DNA of 55,396 bases from a bacterium. GTDB taxonomy: Bacteria > Patescibacteriota > Dojkabacteria > JAKAPS01 > JAJZLI01. This document shows, piece after piece, positions 40,540-48,882 of the stretch; the first letter of the stretch is position 1, and the number at the start of each line of letters is the position of its first letter. The stretch covers positions 1-55,396 of the forward strand of contig JAJZIL010000005.1 in assembly GCA_021810605.1 (NCBI GenBank). Reading direction: 5' to 3'. Below the pieces are notes generated by a model that saw only the letters and a program-made list of their open reading frames with translations, was not told the DNA's origin and did not search any database. The translations under genes were made by a program, and so were the position numbers.

Positions 40540-41067
40540 TTATACTATTATTCTCTTATATTTAAATTTTTCAAGTTTATTTTCTATATCTGAATATTTT
40601 CCTCCAGCCAGTATTCCTCCTGCTAAAAAATTTTCTTCTGTTACATCTGATAGGCAGAAATCTGGAATTTTAAAATCTAAGAATTCTTTTTCATTTCTAA
40701 ATTCAAAATCTACAAGAATTAACCCTAATAAATCATCTAGAAATAGATCTATTTCAGATTTATATTTTTTATATAAATATTCATATCTTATTTTTCTTAT
40801 TCTCTTTCCTTTTATTTGGGATAGCTCTAGATATTCATTTTTCGTAATAGAAATAGTATTTTCTATTTGTGAATATATTTTATTTTCATCAATGGGGTAT
40901 TTTTTTGTTATTTCATATTTGTCTCCATTTTTTCTTATTCTTAAATGAGGGTGTTTTTCATTAGATGGAATATATATATCTAAAATTTCTTTATAAGGTA
41001 ACAATTTAATATCTACAGGTATATATTTTAAAAGATACGTTTTTTCTATCTCTATTGCTTTCATCAA
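40540..41067 (-). CDS. CYTH-domain (triphosphate tunnel metalloenzyme) protein
   Basis: EIEKTYL (ExExK), LRIRK, KIRY, EIDLF...GL..VDFEF, DVT. Confidence 0.85.
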   Translation of the reverse strand: MMKAIEIEKTYLLKYIPVDIKLLPYKEILDIYIPSNEKHPHLRIRKNGDKYEITKKYPIDENKIYSQIENTISITKNEYLELSQIKGKRIRKIRYEYLYKKYKSEIDLFLDDLLGLILVDFEFRNEKEFLDFKIPDFCLSDVTEENFLAGGILAGGKYSDIENKLEKFKYKRIIV

Positions 41068-41076
41068 TTTGGGTAA

Positions 41077-41292
41077 TTATTTTATTTTATAGATTATATA
41101 TTCTATTATACCAGATTCAGTGTTTATAGTTATTCTATCATTTTCTTTTTTTCCTAATAACATAGATCCTATAGGAGATGTGTTAGTAATTTTTCCAGAT
41201 AAAGGATCTGGATTTTCGCTTACAATAGTAAATATGCAATCAATTTTTCCTTTCTTTGTGTATACTATAGAACCTATTCTTACTATATTCAT
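41077..41292 (-). CDS. Stand-alone GreA/GreB C-terminal domain
   Basis: VRIGSIV, FTIV, GKITNTSPIGSMLLGKK.ND, T.SG...Y.I. Confidence 0.85.
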   Translation of the reverse strand: MNIVRIGSIVYTKKGKIDCIFTIVSENPDPLSGKITNTSPIGSMLLGKKENDRITINTESGIIEYIIYKIK

Positions 41293-41372
41293 AGATTATT
41301 ATCTATATATAACATAATATAATAATTTATGCATTGCCACTTATAGCAAATTTTATTGATTATTTATGAATA

Positions 41373-43640
41373 TTATTTAAGTTTTAATTTTTTGAAAACA
41401 TCTTGTGTTTGAAATTGAGTATTATCATATTGCTCTACATCTTTTGCTACTGGTATTTTAAATGAAAAAATGGATCCTTTTCCTACTATACTCTCTAACC
41501 ATATTTTCCCATTCATCCTTTCTATTAGACCTTTTACTACATATAGTCCTAATCCTGTTCCACCAGGTCTTACTAATAAATGTTTTGTATCTTTTGGATC
41601 ATTTGGATTTCCTATATAATTATTTAATCTGTGAAATTTTTGAAATAAATTAGGTATTTCTTCTTCAGGTATTCCTACACCATCATCTTTTATATGGACA
41701 GTTACAAATTCTTTCCCATCTTCTGTGCTTATCTCTACTTCTCCTCTTTCAGAATATTTTATAGCATTTGAAATTAAATTACCTAAAATTTCCTCTACTT
41801 TTGTCCTATCTCCATAGACCATATGAATATTATTTTTCTTATAGATTATTTTTATGCCTTTACTCATTGCTTCTTTTTTAAATCCGTCAACTTGACTTTC
41901 TATCATGGATACTAAATCTAAATTTTCTGGAAGTATAGGTACATTGGATTTACCCATTCTTGAAGCTTCAAGTAAAGTATTTATTATTCTTATCTCACTT
42001 TCAATACTTTCTATACTTCTCTGTATATATCTATCCAACTTTTCTATATATTCATTATTTCTTTTATTTTTAGGGAGAGTTTTAATATATGATTTAATTG
42101 TAGATTGTGCCATATATACATTACCTTTAACTATACTAGCAGGAGTTCTTAGTTCATGTGATGATATTGAAATTAAATCATCTTTGAGTTGATCTAACCC
42201 TTTTAATTCTTCATTTGCTCTTTTCAATTTGTTATTATTCTCTTCTAATTCTTTTGTAGCTGTGGCTATTTTATCTTGTAGATTTAAACTGAAATCTTTA
42301 GTTTTTTTGTAAAGATTAATATTATTTATAAATAAACTTAATTGTAGACTGATTTTATTTAATATATCTATATCATTTCTATAATATATATCATTGGAAT
42401 ATTTTCTACCTAATAGTATTGTTGCAATTGTCATATTTTCATAAATTATTGGAATAATAACTTCTATTCCAGAATTTATTAAAGTTCTATATTTACTATC
42501 TTCTTTTTTATCAATATAATCAATTATAATAATGTTATTAGGGGTATTAATTATTTGTAAATTTTTTTCTATTATAGCTTTATCTATATTATAGCAATAA
42601 ATATTATAATCATAGGATGTATTTATTATTAATACTATTTTATTTGTTCCAAATATATTTAAAATAGAATTTTTTAATAATTCAAAAAAATTATCTATAT
42701 CTAAATATTTATTTATGGATTGAAATAAATTATCAACTTCTTTATTAGTATCACTAATTTTTCTAAATATATATCTATCTAATAATATAGATATATATTT
42801 TTTTAATATAGGAAAAATTATTAAAATTATTAAAGAAAAAATGATTTCAAATAAGTTCTCATCGTTAGTAATTTTTAATTGTAATATGTTTATTGATACT
42901 ATTAATGTAATAATTAGTATTATATAAGATAATAGATATATTAAAATAGCTCTTGTAGCGATAGCAAGATTAAAAAGTTTTCTTTGTGTAATAGAATATG
43001 AAATTATTAAAAATATTAATATAGTATATAAATTCTGAGTTATAATAGAAAATTGATCTATTTTGAAAAATATAGGTAATAATATATTAAATATTATTAC
43101 AAAAATAAAAAATAATGAAAATGATAGATAAATATATTGTATTTGTAGTTTTTGGTAACTATTAGATTTTTTATATCCAATATAAAATTTATAAAGTAAA
43201 TATATTACAGTTAATATATTTATTATTACGAAAATATATATACCAAATCCAAGCTGAGGTGTTATATTTTTTGATATAGTTACTGATTTAAAAGTTAAAT
43301 TTGAAAAGATCAATAATTCCATAAATAGAGATAATATAGTTAAATATATTAATTTTTTTATATATTTTTCATTAATCTTTTTTATAGAAAAAGAATCTAT
43401 GAATACTAGTAAAGACAATATTAGTATATATCCTAAAAATGCAGTAGATCTAATATAAAATAAAGTTAAGTTTTCACTAGGTGTATTAAATGATAAATAA
43501 TCAGCTATATTAACTAAAGAGAATAATATTATGATAGAAAAAAAGGAAAATGATTTGAAATTAACTTTTTGATTGAATATAACAATTACTCCTAAGAGGA
43601 ATAGTATAAAAATAGAAACAAACGTTATTATTTCATTCAT
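41373..43640 (-). CDS. Sensor histidine kinase with N-terminal 7TM-type domain and GAF-like domain
   Basis: About 9 hydrophobic segments, LLGRK.S.D.Y...D..IL GAF end, coiled coil, SHELRTP, NLISNAIKY, DDGVGI, GGTGLGL. Confidence 0.92.
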   Translation of the reverse strand: MNEIITFVSIFILFLLGVIVIFNQKVNFKSFSFFSIIILFSLVNIADYLSFNTPSENLTLFYIRSTAFLGYILILSLLVFIDSFSIKKINEKYIKKLIYLTILSLFMELLIFSNLTFKSVTISKNITPQLGFGIYIFVIINILTVIYLLYKFYIGYKKSNSYQKLQIQYIYLSFSLFFIFVIIFNILLPIFFKIDQFSIITQNLYTILIFLIISYSITQRKLFNLAIATRAILIYLLSYIILIITLIVSINILQLKITNDENLFEIIFSLIILIIFPILKKYISILLDRYIFRKISDTNKEVDNLFQSINKYLDIDNFFELLKNSILNIFGTNKIVLIINTSYDYNIYCYNIDKAIIEKNLQIINTPNNIIIIDYIDKKEDSKYRTLINSGIEVIIPIIYENMTIATILLGRKYSNDIYYRNDIDILNKISLQLSLFINNINLYKKTKDFSLNLQDKIATATKELEENNNKLKRANEELKGLDQLKDDLISISSHELRTPASIVKGNVYMAQSTIKSYIKTLPKNKRNNEYIEKLDRYIQRSIESIESEIRIINTLLEASRMGKSNVPILPENLDLVSMIESQVDGFKKEAMSKGIKIIYKKNNIHMVYGDRTKVEEILGNLISNAIKYSERGEVEISTEDGKEFVTVHIKDDGVGIPEEEIPNLFQKFHRLNNYIGNPNDPKDTKHLLVRPGGTGLGLYVVKGLIERMNGKIWLESIVGKGSIFSFKIPVAKDVEQYDNTQFQTQDVFKKLKLK

Positions 43641-43685
43641 TATTCTAAATATACACTACTTAAATTTATTTTTAAATAGTACTTT

Positions 43686-45125
43686 CTATACCTGTTTTAT
43701 TTTATTTTTTGTTTTGAATGAATTATCTGGACCAAACTCTTCAAGTATAATTTGAGGAACAGCTTTTTCTTTTATTGAACTAATTAATTTATTATATTCT
43801 CCATTTATTTTTCTTAAATTTCGTACAAAAGTTTCTTTTATGAATTTCTCATCATTTTTTGAAATTTGAGAATATGATAAATTAGGGGATAATTCTAAAT
43901 GTAATTTAAATATAGGATTTCCATTAGGGTCTAATTCTTGGTATGCTCTAAATTTACCTGAAATCAGTGATAATAATTCTTCTGATTGTATTGAACTTTG
44001 AATATGAAAACTTGGTATTTTAACTGAGTAAAATGATAAAACAACATCTTTTTTAGAAGATATAAATATAAAAGGATTTTTGTCTTTAGGCTTAAAATTA
44101 GGTATTTTTTCTTTAATATATTCCTCTAATTTATTTGATGTAATTATTCCTCCATTATCATTTAATGTATATCTGATTAAAGGAGTATTAGATGTAAAAT
44201 CTGTTATGACAATTAGTCCATTTTCTGATACTTGGAAAAAATGTTTATTAGGATTATATTGATAAATAGATGGTATATATTTTGTATTAAAAATTTTTTC
44301 AATTTCATTCTCATTTAATCTTTGTTCCATTATTAATTTTAATTCTGGAGTATAGTCATTATCAATTGCCATAATTCCTACTTCTGAAGCTGCATATAAT
44401 GATTTTAATCTGCCTTTTCCAATTATTGACTCTACCCTTTTTCTAATTTCATTTGATAAAATATCTCCTCCTACATAGGCATAGATATTAATATTCTTAA
44501 TGAGATTTTTTTCTTTTGCTATATCAATTATATCTTTTGTTGAGCTTGTATATCCTATTAGTACTAAAGTATTAATTTTTTCTTTTTTTACATAATGTTC
44601 TAATATCTTCATATTTTCATCAATATCTAGTCCAGGAGTTATAAATTGAAAGGAATCTAATTCTTGAGATAATATTCTAAATACTCTAGACATTAACCCT
44701 CCTGCACCCCAAACTCCCATACCAGCTGTTACTATTCCTAATATAGTGTCAATATTATCAATATTATCAATATCTTTTTCTATCCTAGATTTAAAATCTG
44801 CAGCAATAGACATATCTAAGTTCTCATCTTGTGCCCAATAATGAGGTTTACCACTAGATCCTGAAGAAGAGAGTATTTGTGTTATTTTTGTTGGATCTAT
44901 AGATCTATCTTTCAAAGAAAATAACTCTATATAATTTTCTTGATTTGTATACGGGAGTCTATTAAAATCATCAATATTTTTTATATCAGATATATTTATT
45001 TTTTGATCAGATAAGAATTTTATATATGCAGGAATTTTATGTGCATATAATAGAAAATTACTCAATACTTTCTGTTGACTTATTTCTATTATATCTACAG
45101 TTTGTTTACTATCTACTTTATACAT
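43686..45125 (-). CDS. Phenylacetate-CoA ligase-like adenylate-forming enzyme
   Basis: IPAY..FL, LPYT, SSSGSSGKP (A3 loop), YAASE (A5), PLIRYTLND. Confidence 0.85.
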   Translation of the reverse strand: MYKVDSKQTVDIIEISQQKVLSNFLLYAHKIPAYIKFLSDQKINISDIKNIDDFNRLPYTNQENYIELFSLKDRSIDPTKITQILSSSGSSGKPHYWAQDENLDMSIAADFKSRIEKDIDNIDNIDTILGIVTAGMGVWGAGGLMSRVFRILSQELDSFQFITPGLDIDENMKILEHYVKKEKINTLVLIGYTSSTKDIIDIAKEKNLIKNINIYAYVGGDILSNEIRKRVESIIGKGRLKSLYAASEVGIMAIDNDYTPELKLIMEQRLNENEIEKIFNTKYIPSIYQYNPNKHFFQVSENGLIVITDFTSNTPLIRYTLNDNGGIITSNKLEEYIKEKIPNFKPKDKNPFIFISSKKDVVLSFYSVKIPSFHIQSSIQSEELLSLISGKFRAYQELDPNGNPIFKLHLELSPNLSYSQISKNDEKFIKETFVRNLRKINGEYNKLISSIKEKAVPQIILEEFGPDNSFKTKNKIKQV

Positions 45126-45145
45126 ATTTTATATACATAATTTAT

Positions 45146-46219
45146 TTAAATTCTAATTCTTGATGAATAATTATATCCCAATGCATGTTGTATAATTACA
45201 TTTGTTACTCCAGCTCCTGCATGAGAGGATGCAGTTACTAATTGACTCATCCAGAATAGTTCTCCTTTTGACATAGCTTTAAAATGTCTAGACATTCTTT
45301 CAATTTCTTCAAAATTAACACCTAAAATTGCAGATATTATTTCAACTAAATCTTTAGGATCTAAACTATTCATTTCTTCAATTTTTTTTAATTGATATGT
45401 AGATAATCTACCCAAGAATATCTTATCTTTTGGAGTTTCAATATCAATTAGTGCTCCAAGTTCTAAATCAGTACCCATAACTACAGTAAATCCCATCTCT
45501 TTAGATAATTTTCTTAATTCTAATTTTAAAGGTAGTGTATCAAATGCATCTACTACATAATCTAAATCTTCTGTAAATAATTTTAAATCATTCTTATTGT
45601 TTAATCCATTAGGATAATATTTTATCTTAAGATATGGATTAGATTCTAAAGCTAATCTTCCTGCTAAATAAGTTTTATTTAATCCTAATTCTGTAATTCC
45701 GGAACGAGGTAATCTATTACTGTTTGATAAAGATAATGTATCATAATCAGCTAATCTATATTCATTACCTGTTCCAGATTTTATTAAATTTAATAAACTT
45801 GATTGTCCTACACTAAGTCCTATAATTCCAATTTTCAAATTATACAATGTTTTTTGTTCTAAATTAGTTATTTGTTCTCTATTTCTCGATGTATTAACAA
45901 GTCTTAGATACTCTTCAATAGGAACAAAAGATAAATTTCCATTCCAAGGAAAATATATGAGATTAAATTTAATTTTATTACTATTTTTAAATTCATTTAA
46001 CTGTTTAGAATATTTGGGATTTTTAGGGTGGATATGCGGATATAGTGAATTAAATATTTCTTCTAAAATATCTATTCTTTTATCATATATTGATAAAATT
46101 TTGTTATTAGAAACGAAATTTTCTAAATTTACTTGATCATTAGGATCTAAAAATACAACCTCTGGACTAACCATATCTTTTTTTGCAGTTTTTAAAATCA
46201 AAGAATCTATAATTTTCAT
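45146..46219 (-). CDS. ThiF-family adenylyltransferase of the Rv1355c/MoeY type, without nitroreductase domain
   Basis: YFPW, TSRN...IT..EQ, GIIGLSVG, LADYDTLSLSNSNR, VDAFD, W.SQL. Confidence 0.85.
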   Translation of the reverse strand: MKIIDSLILKTAKKDMVSPEVVFLDPNDQVNLENFVSNNKILSIYDKRIDILEEIFNSLYPHIHPKNPKYSKQLNEFKNSNKIKFNLIYFPWNGNLSFVPIEEYLRLVNTSRNREQITNLEQKTLYNLKIGIIGLSVGQSSLLNLIKSGTGNEYRLADYDTLSLSNSNRLPRSGITELGLNKTYLAGRLALESNPYLKIKYYPNGLNNKNDLKLFTEDLDYVVDAFDTLPLKLELRKLSKEMGFTVVMGTDLELGALIDIETPKDKIFLGRLSTYQLKKIEEMNSLDPKDLVEIISAILGVNFEEIERMSRHFKAMSKGELFWMSQLVTASSHAGAGVTNVIIQHALGYNYSSRIRI

Positions 46220-46248
46220 GTTGCCCTATAGTGTATGTATGTGAAAAT

Positions 46249-46277
46249 ATTCTCTCATAATTATATTTTTTTGTCAA
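46249..46277 (-). promoter_or_regulatory. Promoter of the ThiF-ligase-kinase operon
   Basis: TTGACA-17 nt-GAGAAT with preceding TG on the minus strand. Confidence 0.5.
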
Positions 46278-46295
46278 TAAAATTATGCGTCATTA

Positions 46296-46324
46296 TTGAA
46301 AAACACTATAAGTTTTGATATAAT
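46296..46324 (+). promoter_or_regulatory. Strong sigma70-type promoter reading toward the collapsed ATPase and XRE pair
   Basis: TTGAAA-17 nt-TATAAT with extended -10 TG. Confidence 0.65.
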
Positions 46325-46399
46325 GTGTCCGTATTTATAATTAAATAGTGTAGATACTTTTAATTACAGTTCTTAATTATTTGAGTATTTTGTGTATCT

Positions 46400-47182
46400 T
46401 TGTTATTTAAAAAAGATTATATATTTGAAGATATTAATAGTTCATCAATTCTTAGAATTGCTGTTCCTAAGAACAATGATAAGACTCCTTTATCCGGAGA
46501 ACAACTTTTTACTTCCATTCATGGTATATTAGATGATTCTAAAATTTCTAAGAATCATTTTAGTTTAGAAATAGTATCCTCTTTTGATGGTATTTCTTTT
46601 TATGTAGTTATTCCAAAGGAATATAGAAATTTCATAAAAGGTCAAATTTATGCACAATACCCTACTGTTGAGATTAATGAAATTGACGATTATACAAATC
46701 AATTTCATAATTATAAATACTTCTTTTCATCAGAGATATCTTTTGGAAAAGAGTATATATTCCCAATAAGGACATTTCCTAACTTTGATGTTGATCCTCT
46801 TTCATCTATAACTATTGCAATGAGTTCTAAATTAGATGAATTCCAATTATTTGGCACAAATGCTTTTTCGAAAATTTTATCAGAATCAAGGAAATATAGA
46901 TTGAATTTAATACTAGCTCATCAGTATATTTCTCAATTAGAAGAAGATATTCAAAATGCTATATTTATAGGAGAAGATTTGATATCATTAGAGAAACATC
47001 ATTTTTATATAAAGTTAATGATTGATGGTATGATTTCTAAACCTTTTATTGGAATATCAATGAATATTCAATATGAGAGGAATAATAATAAAGAAAAAGT
47101 TTTGAATGTATCAAAAGAACATTATTCTAGGAGAAAAGAAATTTTTGAAGATAAAATAAATCGTTGGTCAAATAATAACTAA
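46400..47182 (+). pseudogene. Internally deleted TraD/VirD4/HerA-like ATPase of the type common in CPR genomes, still in frame
   Basis: N-terminal domain (HFSLEI, QIYAQYP, FPIRTF, DPLSSIT) joined directly to Walker B region LDEFQ...ILSESRKYRLNLILAHQY; no Walker A. Confidence 0.7.
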
Positions 47183-47183
47183 T

Positions 47184-47990
47184 ATGAAAAATAACATAGG
47201 AGAATATATAAAAGCAGAGAGATTGAGATATAAGAATGGTAATAATATTGGAATAAGTCAGATTGATTTGTCACTGAAAATAGGTTGGGAGAACCCATCT
47301 ACACTATCACGAATAGAGCAAGGTAAAATAATTCCTACAAAAGAAACAGTAATAAATATATTTGAAGCATTAGAAATTCCTCAAGAAGTAGTAGTTTGTA
47401 TTTTTATAAAAAGTAATTATTTATATACAGGAGAAATTCTTACAGAGAAATATATAGAAAAAGTCACAAATTCTTTAATATCTAAAATTGACTTATTAAA
47501 AGTCCCGACTTTTTTAATAAGTTATCCAAATGACTCTGTATTACATATTAATAATATAGGTAAAAAAGTATTTTTTGGAGAAGAGATTAATTCTGAATTA
47601 GAAAATATTCTCTTATCTGGAGAGAGTTTTGTGAACATAATTTTTAATCCTAATTATATAATGAAAGATTTGATATTAAATTGGGAAGAATTTGTAAAAA
47701 TTATAATATCTAATCAACATATTATATATAATGATACAGATAAAGAGAGAGAAGATATTAGGGTATTAAAAAAATTTCCTAGATTTAATGAATTTTGGGA
47801 AGATTCTCAAAATAAAACAGTACATGATTTTCAATCTTTTAATATTCCTTTTAAATATAACTCACCTATTCTTGGTGAAATAAAATTTTTAATACAAGAG
47901 ACTCCAGTATTAGAAGATAATAGATTTTTTATTATTCAATTTATTCCTGCAATTAGAAAAGATTTCATTAAATTAGAAGGTTTAAAATAA
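47184..47990 (+). CDS. XRE-family HTH regulator with MmyB-like PAS ligand-binding domain
   Basis: SQIDLS..IGWENPSTLSRIEQG; NWEEF, FPRFNEFW, SPILGEIKF. Confidence 0.8.
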   Translation: MKNNIGEYIKAERLRYKNGNNIGISQIDLSLKIGWENPSTLSRIEQGKIIPTKETVINIFEALEIPQEVVVCIFIKSNYLYTGEILTEKYIEKVTNSLISKIDLLKVPTFLISYPNDSVLHINNIGKKVFFGEEINSELENILLSGESFVNIIFNPNYIMKDLILNWEEFVKIIISNQHIIYNDTDKEREDIRVLKKFPRFNEFWEDSQNKTVHDFQSFNIPFKYNSPILGEIKFLIQETPVLEDNRFFIIQFIPAIRKDFIKLEGLK

Positions 47991-47994
47991 CTCT

Positions 47995-48855
47995 ATGTTG
48001 AATAATATTTATACAAATGAAGATCTAAAAAAAGTAAAGATTGGAAAATTAATCAAAGATTTCAGGTTAAGAAAAATTGGAGATAATGGAAGGCATTGGT
48101 CTCAGTTAGATTTAGCAAATGCAATAGGATGGGAGAATCCTTCGACTTTATCTAGAATAGAAAATAGTCAAATAAAGCCATACCGAGATACAATTTTAAA
48201 AATATCAAAATGTTTAGATTTAAATAATGAAGATACGAATACACTTTTAAAGAAAGCTGGATACTCAGAGTATGGAGAAAGGATAGTTCCTTCTTATACT
48301 GAGAGATTAATAGACCGTATAAAAAATGAGCTAGAATTATATGATTTTCCGGTAATGGTTAATACTATAAATAATCTTGAAGAGATAATATATATAAATT
48401 CTGCCAATGCAATATTTTTTACTGAATACGAAAATCATAAATCCCTTATAAAAGATTTAAATGGAATAAGTTTTTTTGATATTATTTTTACAGATGATTT
48501 TGGGTTTAAAAAAAATATACTAAATTATGAAGAGTTCATTTATTCTTTTACTTCGAATATATATATGATGTATGCAAATTTTACTAATGAGGAAGAATCC
48601 TTAAATATAAATAAAAATTTAGATAAGTATAAAGATTTTAAAGATGTATGGAAGTCTATCTTTAATAAAGATCATAATAGTTTGAAAATTAAAGGAATTC
48701 CGTTAGAGTATAATATATCCAAATTAAATAAAAAAATAAGATTTTTGATATTAACATTTCCAATATATATAGATACTAGATTTTTATCTGAGCATTTTGT
48801 TCCTACGGATAAAAAATTATATTCAGAAATTTTAAATGAGTTAGCTTTATTTTAA
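47995..48855 (+). CDS. XRE-family HTH regulator with MmyB-like PAS ligand-binding domain (paralogue)
   Basis: SQLDLA..IGWENPSTLSRIEN; LLKKAGY, FPV, NYEEF, FKDVW, HFVP.D. Confidence 0.8.
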   Translation: MLNNIYTNEDLKKVKIGKLIKDFRLRKIGDNGRHWSQLDLANAIGWENPSTLSRIENSQIKPYRDTILKISKCLDLNNEDTNTLLKKAGYSEYGERIVPSYTERLIDRIKNELELYDFPVMVNTINNLEEIIYINSANAIFFTEYENHKSLIKDLNGISFFDIIFTDDFGFKKNILNYEEFIYSFTSNIYMMYANFTNEEESLNINKNLDKYKDFKDVWKSIFNKDHNSLKIKGIPLEYNISKLNKKIRFLILTFPIYIDTRFLSEHFVPTDKKLYSEILNELALF

Positions 48856-48882
48856 TATTGAAATTATATATACTATTAGGAT

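Noticed and set aside
40266-48882. Prophage, ICE or transposon as carrier of the accessory block
   Set aside because: No integrase, transposase, tRNA target or clear terminal repeats seen
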